64,000 bases of DNA from the human T2T-CHM13v2.0 reference genome, Homo sapiens: assembly GCF_009914755.1 (NCBI RefSeq), contig NC_060948.1, one strand, 5' to 3'. Of the stretch, positions 51,601 through 64,000 are shown piece after piece. The position numbers and the translations under genes were made by a program. Under the pieces are notes generated by a model. The model had not been told where the DNA came from. It worked only from the letters and a program-made list of their open reading frames with translations, and searched no databases. Each line of letters starts with the position of its first letter. Within the stretch, counting starts at the first letter, position 1.

Positions 51601-54120
51601 TGTGACGTGCAATGAGAACTCGATTTTATATAACAACCAGCAAAGACCAGCTCAGTGGTTGGATGCAGAAGAGGCTCCAATAAACTTCCGAAAGGTTAAC
51701 TTACACCAAACAAAGGTCATGGTAACTGTCTGATGCTCTGCTGGCCTTATCTACTATAGCTTTCTGAATCTCAATGAAACTATTACATCTGAGAAGCATG
51801 CTTAGCAAATCAATAAAATGCACCAAAAACTGCAATGCCTGCAGCCTCACTGGTCAACAAAAAAGGCTCAATTTTTTTTCTATGACAATGCTTAACTACA
51901 CATTGAACAAACAATGATTGAAAAGTTAAACAATTTGGGCTACGAAGTTTTGCCTCATCCATCACATTCATCTGATATCTTGCCGACTGACTAACTACCA
52001 CTTCAAGCGTCTTGATAACTTTTGACAGGGCAAATGATTCTACAACCAGCAAAATGAAGAAAATGCTTTCCAAGACATTACTGAATTCTGAAGCATAAAT
52101 TTTTATGCTACAGACATAAAAAAAATTTCTTATTGGCAAAAATGTGTTGATTGTAATGGTATTTATTTTGATTAAGAAAGATGTGTTTAAGCCTAGTTAT
52201 AATAATTTAAAATTCACAATCTAAAACTGCAATTACTTGCCCTCCAACTCAGAACCCAATATCCAAAAATTTATGCAAAGCCATACAACTATGTAGAAAT
52301 TGAGCAACATGCTCCTCAGGGATTAGGAGTAAATAATAAAATTCAGGCAGAAATTAAAATTTTGAGACTCTATCTTAAATGCAAGAAACATCTCAAGTTA
52401 ACCTAACATCACTATGAAAAGGACTGGAGAACCAAGAGCAAAGAAAACCCAAAGCTAGCAGAAAAAAAATAAACAAATAACCAAGATCAAAGCTGAACTT
52501 GCAGTGTTCAGACGACAGGAGTCACAAAAACGTCAAAATATCAACCAATTAGGAGACTTTCTTGAAAAAAAAAAAAAGACTTCTACCTAGACTAAAGAAT
52601 AAGAAAAAGAAATTTCAAAGAAACACAATAAAAAATTATGAGAGATATGGCCATTAGAGAATACCACAAACACCTCTATGTACTAAACTAAACAAATCTA
52701 GAAAAAAATTAGATAAATTTCTGAACATATATACCCTCCCAAGCTTGAGCCTGAAAGAAATTGAATTCCTAAAGAGAACAATAACACATTCTAAATTTAA
52801 GGCAGTAATAAATTGCCTCTGAAAAAACAAACAAACAAAAATGCATTACCTGATAGAGTTGCAGGTGAATTCTACCAGAAGTAGAAAGAAGAGCTGGTAC
52901 CATTTTTCTGATACTATTTCAAAAACTTGAAAAGGAGACATTACTCCCTAACTCATTCAATGAGGCCACAATTACCATGATACCAAAACCTGACTGAGAT
53001 ACAACAACAACAACAACAACAAAAAGCTTAGACTAATAACTTTGATGAAAATTGATGAAAAAATTATCAACAAAATACCGATCAACTGAATCAAGCAGCA
53101 CATCAAAAAGATTATCCTCCACGATCAAGTATGTTTTAAAGAGTATCCTCCATAATCAAATGTGTTTTATTTCCCAGATGCAAGGTTGGTTCAACATACA
53201 TAAATTAATAAATATTTGAATTTATTAATATTCAGATTAACAAATCTAAAGGCAAAAACCAAATAATTATCGTGATACAGGCAGAAAAGGCCTTTGATAA
53301 AATTTAATATTCCTTCACGTTAAAAACTCTCAGTGAACTAGACATTGAAGAAACATATCTCAAAATAATAAGAAACCTGCATGATAAATCCATAGACAAT
53401 ATCACACCTAATGGGCAAAAGCTGGAAGCAATCTCCTTGAAAACTGGCCCAAGACATCGATGTGCTCTCTCAGCAGTCTTATTTGAATCAGTATTGAAAG
53501 CTCTGATCAGAGCAATCGACAAGAGAGAAAAATAAACTATCTTTAAATATAAAGAGAGTATGTTAAATTGTCTTTGTTTCCAGATGACATAATCTTACGT
53601 ATAGAAAAACCCAATCATCTCAGCCCCAAAGATTTTAAGCTGAAAAGCAACTGCAGCAAAGTCTCAGCATACAAAATCAGTGTATAAAATTGCTACGATT
53701 TCTATACACCAACAACAGTCAAGCCAAAAACAAAATCAGAAACAAATTTCCATTCACAATTATATCAAAAAGAATAAAATACCTAGGAACAGCTAACAAA
53801 GGAAACGAAGGAGCTCTTCAAGGTGAACTACAAAACACTGCTCAAAACAATCAGAGGACAAAAACAAATGTAAGAACATTTTATTCTCGTGCACAGACAG
53901 AATCAACATTGTAAAAACGGCCATACTGTCCAAAGTAATTTATAGATTAAATGCTATTTGCATTAAACTACCATTGACATCATTAAGAGAATTAGAAGAA
54001 ACTATTTTAAAATTTATATGAAATAAAAAAGAGCCCAAATAGCCAAGGCAATACTAAGAAAAAAGAAGAAAGCCAGAGGCATCACATTATTCAACCTCAT
54101 ACTGTACCACAAGGTTACAG
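48670..54120 (+). mobile_element. Older L1 (L1PA8-16/L1PREC-like), partial 5'UTR, ORF1, 3'-truncated ORF2; interrupted by Hsmar1
   Basis: ORF1 start atgggaaaa ~49153; MQKTPERYSMRR; RT region gaaaaggcctttgataaaatt and ttgtttccagatgacat; ends in ORF2 at ~54120. Confidence 0.88.
50971..52249 (+). mobile_element. Hsmar1 mariner DNA transposon, near full length (~1.28 kb), inactive
   Basis: TIRs aggttggcgcataagtaattacgtttt and aaaactgcaattacttgccctccaact; transposase 51122-52175 (..FKMGHKA.., ..WQKCVDCNG..) with stops. Confidence 0.93.
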
Positions 54121-54399
54121 TTAAAATATTAAAGTCATCAGGAGTAGGTGGAAAAGCATAAGAGATTCAATTGATGTTAACAGAATGTGGTTACTGAAGG
54201 GGACTGAGAAGCACAATACAGTCTCTATGATTAGACAACCCAAAGAGACACAAAACAAGAACCATAAATTGATTAAAATTTTATGCTGGTTTGCCTAAAA
54301 TATTTACACATCAATTCCACTGAATTCTTACAATGAATGAATGGCATTAGATGTTATAGTCACCTTTTGAAAGAACAGAAAATACCAAGGCAGATAACT

Positions 54400-54760
54400 T
54401 GTTCAACTCAATCAGTTTTAGGATGCAAAAGCAGCTGCATATTGCAAAAAAGAGCCAGGTACTAGACTTATTAAACCAATCTGAAGAAGAGTAAAGTTAG
54501 AGAAATTTGTCTACTGTATAGACTTACTGTAAAGGTATAGTAATGAAGACTTTGTTATTTGGCAAAAGGGGACAGACATAAATCAAGAAGCAACACAACA
54601 AATAACGGAGATATTGACTACAGAAGTCCAGCCAACAGATTTTTAACAAAAAACACAAAGCAATTAAGTGTAGCACAGATAACTTTTCTATTGCTGGTGC
54701 TGGATCAGTAAGCTGTCCATTGAGAAAACCTTAACTTTGGTCTGAGTCTGACATGTTTTG
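54400..54760 (+). mobile_element. Ancient L1M ORF2 fragment
   Basis: gacttactgtaaaggtatagtaatgaagac..., gatttttaacaaa..., tggtgctgga motifs. Confidence 0.55.
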
Positions 54761-55848
54761 TAAATAAAACTGATTTTTCTCTACTCTTCCTTCCCAAAAT
54801 TGTTAAAAACTACATTGACCATGCTACTGTCGTAGTGTTTCCTAACCTCAGTTCTTCACTCTTACATTCCAAGAAGTGCAAATGATATCCATAGTCTCAA
54901 AACACACATATTTTATTTTTAATAAAAAGAATTGAGTTAAAAATAGACAATAGGTAAGTCACTAATTTCTCTTTTTACTCTATTATTTTTGGCCTCAACA
55001 TATAATTAAATTATACATTGCTTTTTCCTACAATGAGAACAAAGGGGAGAAAAAAATAGAATGAAGGTCGAGTATTGAAGCACTAAAATATTTTAAAGAT
55101 ACAGAGACAAAATAGTGGAGTCCAGAAACACAGGGGAAAAAATTAATAAAGTAAAGGTATATACTTGGTCTTTCTCAAAATTTATTTGTTCCTATTCAGA
55201 ATAGAATGAAACTAATTTAGGAAATTACTCCCATAAGCAAGCAGGAATGCTACTGGCAAGAGATTTCTCGGCATCAGGGCATAGACTTTAAGAACCGAGC
55301 TTTATTCAAAAACCACTAAGAATTAGTATATAAAAAAATTGGAAGTGAAAAATTCTAGATAGGAAAGAAGCTTTTTCTGAGGTCCTGACCAGGGATTTAA
55401 GAAGACAAAAAATATTGCTGCTGTCAAAATTCTTGCTGAGGAGAGCAGGAGAGTTGTAGAAAAGGCATCATTGAAGGAAGACAAGCAGCTGAGGAGCCTG
55501 AATCCTTGTGTTACTATTCTTCCCTTCAAAGATATGGATGTGGTCTGTGAGGAGTGTTAGGAATGTATTTTTATGGTTTGCTTTCTCCCCAGAATGTTCT
55601 GTTTATTGCCCTTCCTCTGACATTATTCCTGAGCTCTTGGCATTTTTTTAACGTACCTCTTCTTGAACAAGATTCACACCCTCTTTACCCTGACCCAGCT
55701 TCTGCCACCACCGTCACCTCTCCAGGGGATGGTCTCTTGCCGAGCCCTTTAATGTTCGGGATTCTCCAGTATAATCATTTACAAACAAGCAGAAATAGAC
55801 TGTTGACCAGTGGTCAGTCTTACCTCAATTTAAAATGTACAAGTTTTA

Positions 55849-56236
<388 letters not shown>

Positions 56237-56977
56237 TTATGTTGATTACGTGGCTGTGCACAGGTTGGCCTATATCAGTTTGGTCTGGTCTACTGGGGCC
56301 TAGTTCTCAAGATCACTCTAAAACTATGTCTCTCATAATTTTGTTTAATAATCCCCATCTTTGATTATATTGTCAACTAGGTAAGAGTGTGTCAAAACAG
56401 TGACATATTTGTTAGTATGTCATTTCATTTGAAGAGGACTATTTGACATATTACAGATGCTGCATGCAAACATTTAAAAGTTTTGAGAGAAGCCAGGCAG
56501 ACTGTTTTATGGTGAATAAGGTCTTGTTATTGGAAGAACAAAAAGATTTTAAATAATCTTCTTTTGTCTTATATTCAAAGGACTTTTAGTATGTTCATGT
56601 CCTCATGAACAAAACCAAATGAAACTTTAAGGTAAAATAATGATCCAAATGAGATGACTCATACTAACCAAGCAGCTTGTCAGTTAGTCTACTGTAATTG
56701 CCTTTGCAAAATAACCAATGTATTTTTCTATGGCCAAAAAGCAGTCTCAGTACTGATAAGCACTTACATAAGCATAGCTCGCTCTGCTCTCTTTTGATTA
56801 TTGTTTGCTTGGAATAGATTTTTTTAATCCCTTTACTCAAATATTTTGTGTGTCCGTAAGTATAACGTGAGGCTTTTATGCAGCACATTGTTAAATATTG
56901 GGAGCATTTTTAATCACCTTTTTTTTACACTGTCATTTTACTGGATAATTTAATTTATGAACATTTAAAACATTTAA

Positions 56978-58956
56978 ACAGCACAGGAGAAACTGCCCCC
57001 ATGAGCCAATCACCTTCCATCTGGTCCCTTCCTCAAAACGTGGGGATTACAATTTGAGATGCCATTTAGGGGGGAACAGAGCCAAACTATATTGTTTCAC
57101 CCCTAGTTCCTCCCAACTCTCATGTCTTTTTCACATTTCAAAACCAGTAATGCCTTCCCAATAGTACCCCAAAGTCTGAACTCATTTTGGCATTAATTCA
57201 GAAGTCCAAATCTAAAGTCTCATCTGAGAAAGGGGAAGTTCCTTTCGCCTATGAGCCTGGAAAATTAAAGCAAGTTAGTTACTTCTAAAATATAATGGTA
57301 ATACAGGCATTGGGTAAATGTTACCATTTCAAATGGAAGAAATAGGCCAAAGCAAAGGGGCCACAAGCGCTATGCAAGTACAAAACATGGCCAGGCAGTC
57401 ATTAATCTTAAAGCTCCAAAACCTCATTTGACTCCGTATCTTACATCCAGGGGATACCGATGCAAGGTGTGAGCTCCCACAGCTCTGTCCCTGGGGCTTT
57501 GTAAGGTACACCCCCTGTGGCTACTTTCATAGACAGGTGTTGAGTGCCTGCAGCTTTTCCAGACACATGATGCAAGCTGCCTGAGGATCTACCATTCTGG
57601 GGTTTGGAGGATGGTGGTCCTTTTCTCATAGCTCCACTAGGCAGGGTCCAGTGGGAACTCTGTGTGGGACTTCCAATCCCACATTTCCCTTCCACACTGC
57701 CCTAGCAGAGGTTATCCCTGGGTGCTTCACCCTGAACAGACTTCTGCCTGGACTTCCAGGCATTTCCATATATCTCTGAAATTTAGGCAGAAGTTCCCAA
57801 GGTTCAACTCTTGTCTTCTGTGCATCCATAGGCCTAATACCATTGGCCTAACTGCCAAGGCTTGGGGCTTGCACCCTCTGAAGCAAAGACCCAAGCTGTA
57901 CTTTGGCCCCTTTGGGCCACAGCTGAGGCTGGAGAGGCTGGAATGAAGGGTGCCAAGTCCCAAAGCTGCACAGGGCAGCACGACTCTGTGCCCAGCCCAA
58001 AAAACTATTTTTCTTCCTAGGCCTCTGGGCCTGTGATGAGAAGAGCTCCCTTGAAGATCTCTGACATGCCCTAGAGTAATTTTCCCCATTGTCATAGCTA
58101 TTAACATTAAGCTCCTCATTAGTTATACGAATTTCTGCAGTCAGCTTTAATTTCTCTCCAGAAAATGCTGGGTTTTTTCGTCTTTTCTATCACATGGTCA
58201 GGCTGCAAATTTTCCTAACATTTATGGTCTGTTTCCCTTCTAAACATAAGTTCCAATTTCAAATCATATCTCTCAAATTCAAAGTTCCATAGGGCAGGAG
58301 CAAACTACCACCATTTGCTGTGCTAAAGCACAGCATGTGTTTCCTTTACTCCAGTTCCCAAGAAGTTCCTCATTTCCATCTGATACCATCTCAGCCTAGA
58401 CTTCATTCTCCATGTCACTACCAGTATTTTGGTTAAAAAATTCAAGTCTTTAGAAAGTGCCAAAATTTCCCACATAATCCTGTCTTCTTCTAGGCCCTTC
58501 AAACTGTTCCAACCTCCCCCCATTACCCAGTTCCAAAGTTGATTCCACATTTTCAGGTTTTCCACAATACCCCATTCCTGGTACCAATTCTCTGTATTAG
58601 TCTGTTATCACACTACTCCAAAAATACAACCTGAGACTCGGTAATTCATTAAGAAAGGATGTTTAATTGACTCACAGTTCTGCATGGTTGGGGAGGATTC
58701 AGGAAACTTAAAATCACTGTAGAAGGTGAAGGGGAAGAAAGACACATCTTATATGGAGGCAGGAAGCTGAGAGAGTGAAACTGCAGAACATTTTTAAAAC
58801 CATCAGCTGTTGTGAGAACTCCCTCACTATCATCAGAACAGCATGGGGGTAACTGACATCATAATCCAATAGCTTTGCATCAGGTCCCTCCCTTAACACA
58901 TGGGGATTATAATTCCAGATGAGATTTGGATGGAGACACAAAGCCAAAGCATATCA
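56978..58956 (-). mobile_element. THE1/MST MaLR element: LTR 58593-58956, internal region, partial second LTR 56978-57093
   Basis: tgtattagtctgtt...gagatttgg...agccaaagcatatca LTR; THE1-int motifs. Confidence 0.9.
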
Positions 58957-58959
58957 ACA

Positions 58960-59480
58960 ACACAGCAGTATTTATCTAATGGACCTAGGAACTATCTCTT
59001 TGAAACGTAAACATAAAGAGAGAAGGTGCCCCTCTGTTTCCAGTTTCAGTAAAAGGTAAGAACTTAACCTCAGTAGGTGCTTTTCTCTGAACTGCAAAAC
59101 AACCTCTTGAGATTAAAAATATGAGAAGTCAGTTTCTCTTCTGATTAAAGACAATTAGCTATATAACATGTGGTCCCCTGTTACCATTGTAAACTAAGGG
59201 TATGTGACAAATGGTGCCGTTAAATTTTCTTTATTAAAGACTACTGATCAACCAGTAATTTCTTTTAAGAAAATTTGTCTATCTTGAAGACTACCTTGAT
59301 GCTTAGCTATATAAAAGGCGAGATTTGTTTTTGACTTTGTAATCTCTTGGTTGATTTTCTACAATGTACATTAAATTCATATTTCATATTTTTAACAGTA
59401 AAACTGATTTCATTCTCTACTGTCTTTGTGGAGAGGACTTCTGGGTTCAGAGAAAATTTTATTTTTAATGTTATGGCTTC
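58960..59480 (+). mobile_element. ERV1 LTR fragment (MER34/MER39-like)
   Basis: ggaactatctctttgaaacgtaaaca, tataaaagg, tctttgtggagaggacttctgggtt motifs. Confidence 0.5.
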
Positions 59481-59556
59481 ATCACTAGGCTTTTAAAAAC
59501 AAAACCATGAAGACTTAAATTCCTTAAAACCAGTAGTGATGATCAGGGTACTACCA

Positions 59557-60120
59557 CTTACCTTGCAGAAAAAAAGAAAGAAAAAAAAAGGATTAGGAGG
59601 ATACTACACTATGTATATGATGGCCAATTATATGCCCAACAAGTAAGATAATTTAGAATAAATGAACAAAGTCCTGATACATACATACTATTTACCTTGC
59701 AGAAAGGGAAAAAAAAGGATTAGGAAGATACTATACTTTGTATATGATGGCCAATTATACGCCCAACAAGTTTTATAATTTAGAATAAATGAACAAATTT
59801 CTGGTACATACAAACTACCAGAACTGACTTGGGAATAAATACAGCACGAATTCATAATCCAAACTAAGGCCTAGGACCATTTAAAAAATTTACATCAATC
59901 CTCGAATGTGTCCAAAAACACAGAAGAAAAAGGGACACTACACAGTTCATTCTGTGAAGCCGGGATTATATTGATCCTAAAGTCAAAGTCATCACACGAT
60001 ACAAGCCAATATATCTTAACACAGATGCTAAGATTCTAAACATAATAGTACACACACAACAAATCCAGTAAATTAAATGATTGTATACCATAATCAAATG
60101 GAATTTGTCTTGAAATAATT
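59557..60120 (+). mobile_element. Ancient L1M ORF2 fragment with ~134-bp tandem duplication (59557-59690 / 59691-59820)
   Basis: Repeated ttaccttgcagaa...ggattagga...gatggccaattat...ataatttagaataaatgaacaaa. Confidence 0.8.
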
Positions 60121-60360
60121 TGACCTCCACAGCCAGTCCATTTGAGACATTCGGTTAAGCCATGATTTATTATAAGATTCAGATGCTTAGTCTCACTCCT
60201 TCCTATGTATATTTACTTTCCATTTCCTGTATATATTTACTGTCTACTTTTTGTCAGTATTCCGCTGGGTGCTAGCAATTGTAAGCAACAGATGCGGCCT
60301 CTGTACTTACATGCTTTACTGTGAGGTGGTGAGGTAGAGAAGATAAGACTGAAAAAAATA

Positions 60361-60570
60361 GGCCGGGCGCGGTGGCTCACTACTGCAATCCCAGGAATTT
60401 GGGCGGCAGAGGCGGGAGGATCACTAGGTCAGGGGTTTGAGAGCCTGGCCAACATGGTGAAACCCCATCTCTACTAAAAATACAAAAATTAGACGGGCAG
60501 ATCGCGCCCCTGCACTCCAGCATGGGCAACAAGAGCGAAACTTCGTTGTCAAAAAAAAAAAAAAAAAAGA
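60361..60570 (+). mobile_element. Alu with internal deletion, CpG-retaining
   Basis: ggccgggcgcggtggctcac...linker...agacgggcagatcgcgcccctgcactccagc + poly(A). Confidence 0.92.
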
Positions 60571-60679
60571 GAGAAAAGTGATAAACATTCTGAACATAGA
60601 GGGCCTTGTCCTAAGCCAGTCCTCCAAATTCACTGTATAAGAGTAAGGGCTCTCTTAAAATTTAGGCGTTTACAGTTAA

Positions 60680-61430
60680 ATGACCCACGAACTTCTGAAA
60701 CTGGAAGACCGTTTTTTAGCAAAGGAGAATACTCCAGGGCCCCGCCCATTTCATCCTTGACTCCACCTTCTCCATGCTGAGTCCCGCCCCGCTTCCTGTT
60801 TATTCATCCTGCAGCAAACTCTCCGGTATCCTGATGGAGTCTACTAGGTGTCAGTCATTTGGCCGTGCCTCAGCCGAAGAGAGGCGGGGAAAAGCATCGT
60901 AATCAGCTGCGTCGCCTTTTGGTGACGCCAGAGAGTGCGCGTCAGCAGTTTATTAGAGAGCTCTGTAGCCAGCCTCTTCTGCGCACCCACCTGCTGCATC
61001 TTAGTTCAGTCGGCTCTTAGAGTAGTAACCGCCAGAAAGGAGTCGGAAGAGGTCTCACGAGGCTGTCATCACCGCCATGCCCAAGAATAAAGGTACTGCT
61101 GTAAGCCTCTGGGACTATACCTCGGCTTGCTCTGCCAGTAACCCCGACGCCTGTTCCAGGCCGCAGTGACTGTTCTAACGGCGGTACTGGCCACTGCGAC
61201 CCCAGCACTGTGTTCGGGAAAGGAGCTGGGAATGCCCTATTTGGTCACATTGGGGTGGGACAGACGCCATTTTTGTGGGGCCTCCTTCGGAAGATAGCGG
61301 GCTTTTGCTGCTGATTTCACGCCAGACGGAAAACGTATAGGTAGGGACGGTTGAGGGACCTTAACCGGACGGCCTGGCTTTCCAGAATAGGCACATGCAA
61401 ACACTTCCCTGCTACTTTCCTGGAAGCGGT
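60680..61430 (+). promoter_or_regulatory. EIF1AY: CpG-island promoter / 5'UTR / proximal intron 1 of EIF1AY
   Basis: Only CpG-rich non-repeat stretch; GC boxes (ccccgccc ~60740, cccgcccc ~60783), ETS-like gcttcctg, E2F-like ggcggggaaaa 60883-60893, CRE-like TGACGCCA 60923-60930 and reverse half-site cgtca ~60940, YY1-like cgccatttt ~61265. Confidence 0.85.
61077..61092 (+). CDS. EIF1AY: Coding part of exon 1 of eukaryotic translation initiation factor 1A, Y-linked (MPKNK + first base of G); intron 1 runs past the window end
   Basis: Kozak-like accgccATG, then CCC AAG AAT AAA G and GT donor at 61093; MPKNKG is the eIF1A N-terminus; 5'UTR (agtttattagagagctctgtagcc...gtcatcaccgcc) matches my recollection of the Y copy rather than EIF1AX. 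Confidence 0.93.
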
Positions 61431-62753
61431 TCTTAACTTTGAAGACTTACCTATCTGGACAGTTAAAAGTATTGCTAAGGATACTCCCTTTTCCTTGTTA
61501 AACAGTGGGGAAGCCTTGAAGCATGTTTAGGTTCATTTCTGGCGTTTTACTCTACCCCATCCCTTTATAGAGTGTAACATTCTTTTGCAGAAGATTTGTT
61601 ACCTATTTAGGCAGGTTTTCAACTTCCGTATCCGATAAATATTGTGGGAGTAAAGATATCAACGTTCCCTTCATTCTGAGGCTAAACTTTCACACGAAAC
61701 TTAGACTTGAAAATAAGTTTACTCACAGCTTCTAAAGTAGGAGGTCTAACCTCGGTAGAACCCTTTCTCAGTCATTTCTGAAAGAAATTCTCGTTTTTAT
61801 ACACCTGAGGTAATCTCTCACTTTTAGTGCCCTTGTAATTGCTTGAAGAAAACTGTAGGTGGAAACAAAATATTATTTTCCACAGGAGGGGACCATGTTT
61901 TATAGTCCACAAAAACTCTGTTTAGATTATTCCTTCCTGGGACCCAGACCAATTTGTCTTCTTTTTACTTGCCTGTTGGCAGCATGGAATCTGTTTCATT
62001 TTCTCTTTTTAGCTGTCACGACACACAGCTCTTGAGGTACTTGGTGACAGTACAGTGCAGTCTTTCCTGGGCATTACTCTTTGCTCTCCCGAAAACCCAC
62101 TAACGGGTTGTGTGTATAATAAGGTTTTATTTTATTTTATTTTATTTTTTACTGCAAAATTATTGGAGGATAAAGTGTATTCTGGGAGAAGTCTAATTAG
62201 AAAGAGTTAGCAAAGGCTTATGCTTTTTCACTAACATTTTCTCAGATGGTACTGAACAACTTCAGTAGGTATCTTGTTCTCACCTTTATTTCTAGTGATG
62301 AGATTCCCAGTTCTCTAAGCCATCAGCTCTAAAGATCAGAGTATCTCCCTTTGCAAAATGTCCATTAAATCTTTGCTGATGTTATTATCCCTGTACCTGA
62401 CTCTATCCTTAAATAGTAAGGCTTCCTTTATTCTTGTAGGGTAGAACTTTTAAACTGAGTGATGCCTAAAAATGTTCTCAATAAAGAGAGTATCTCCAAA
62501 ACACGTCGGATTTGTTTAAAGAGGAAGTGTGGATTTTTTGATCTTAGAAAGGAAACGAGATAAAATATTAAACGACTTTAATTTTTGTATGATCATGCCT
62601 AGCCTCATTCCTCTAAAATATAATTTAAAGTGGATTCTGTTACATGGTATCACAATAGAAGGGGAATGATCAGGGTTTGGTTAATTCTGGTAAATTGAAA
62701 ACAATTTTTTTTTTATCATATGTGCCTCAGAAGGCACACAAAAGAAGTATAGT

Positions 62754-63058
<305 letters not shown>

Positions 63059-64000
63059 AGAAGTATAGTAATACAGTGAACTCCTAGAAATCCATACCTC
63101 TAGGAATTATAACCTAGATTCATTAAAGTCCTCTGTTACCCTTCCCAAATTTATTTTTCTTAAGATAATACCCATCCTGAATTGAATGTTTTTATTGTTG
63201 TGTAAAATTAGTGTTATCTTCTGGGCTACTTACTTGAGGGATACTTTTGAAGACCCCTAAATATTATGAGATGAGACTTACTAATGTAGAAATAAAACTT
63301 GCTCATTTGGTTTTCTGTGTCTTTTTTGTTGTTGTTTTTTTCGTTTGAAAATCCAGATGCCTGTCAGTATTGTCGTGGTGAGGTTTATCCAAATAAACAT
63401 GTAAATGAGCATGGGCCATATGTGGAATTACTTTTTCTTTGCATGCATTAAGCTGGTATTCTACAAAAATCTTAGAAACCCATCCTCACATCAGGAAAAG
63501 GGCATCCTTTGGCCTATACTTGTGAAGAGCTAGAGTAAGGTGCTCCCCACCTTTGAGATTGCTAAAGTTGTCATTCTTTTGGAAATTTATGAGCTAATCA
63601 TCATTTAGTCATTTGAAAAGCTGCCAAACTTTTGTAAAACCCAGTAAGGAAAGCAGGTATGATCTTTGTCCTGACGCAGCTAAGTTCAGGCACGATTAAT
63701 TGCTCGAAATATAGAATGTGTTTTCCTTTGTAGAAATTTAGTTTTGGCATGCCCTAAAATGCATCAGAATCTGGATAAATCACAGAGTTCTGGAAGCCCA
63801 ATTGTCTTCTATAGTGGCACAGAACAATGTGAGACTGCCCCAGAGGTAGTGGGTGAATTCAAGAAGTTAGATGTCTGGCTTTATGGTGGCCAGGTATATG
63901 TTTTATTCTATTTGCAGTGTTAACATTTTTATTCAAATTCTTCAATCGATCCCTTAATATTACTGTAATTTGTAGCCTTTCTCCCTCCTTTTGGAAACGG

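Noticed and set aside
51122-52175. Functional mariner transposase
   Set aside because: Early in-frame stop, frameshifts and a 46-bp insertion
61077-61092. EIF1AX or a processed EIF1A pseudogene
   Set aside because: An intron after 16 coding nt excludes a retrocopy; the 5'UTR and intronic Y-marker primer sites fit EIF1AY

Overview
Primate (almost certainly hominid, most likely human) Y-chromosome genomic DNA: about 60 kb of repeat-saturated intergenic sequence ending in the CpG-island promoter, exon 1 (ATG CCC AAG AAT AAA G|gt = MPKNKG) and start of intron 1 of EIF1AY. The upstream region holds a full-length but dead L1PA with a doubled, chimeric 3' end, two decayed class I ERV proviruses with tRNA-Gly PBSs (LTR25/HERVG25-like) lying tail-to-tail, an SVA_A nested in an Alu nested in ERV pol, a near-complete Hsmar1 mariner inside an older L1, MaLR/THE1, MER61, Tigger3 and about 13 Alus. 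The first 4.5 kb may carry minus-strand lncRNA exons (TTTY10-like) and faint KDM5 JmjC pseudogene remnants. Nearly all ORFs in the supplied track are transposon-derived or spurious. I see no evidence for a previously undescribed biological system; the notable signals are retrotransposition and rearrangement footprints. Repeat subfamily names, locus names and SNP identities come from recall of consensus sequences and were not database-checked.
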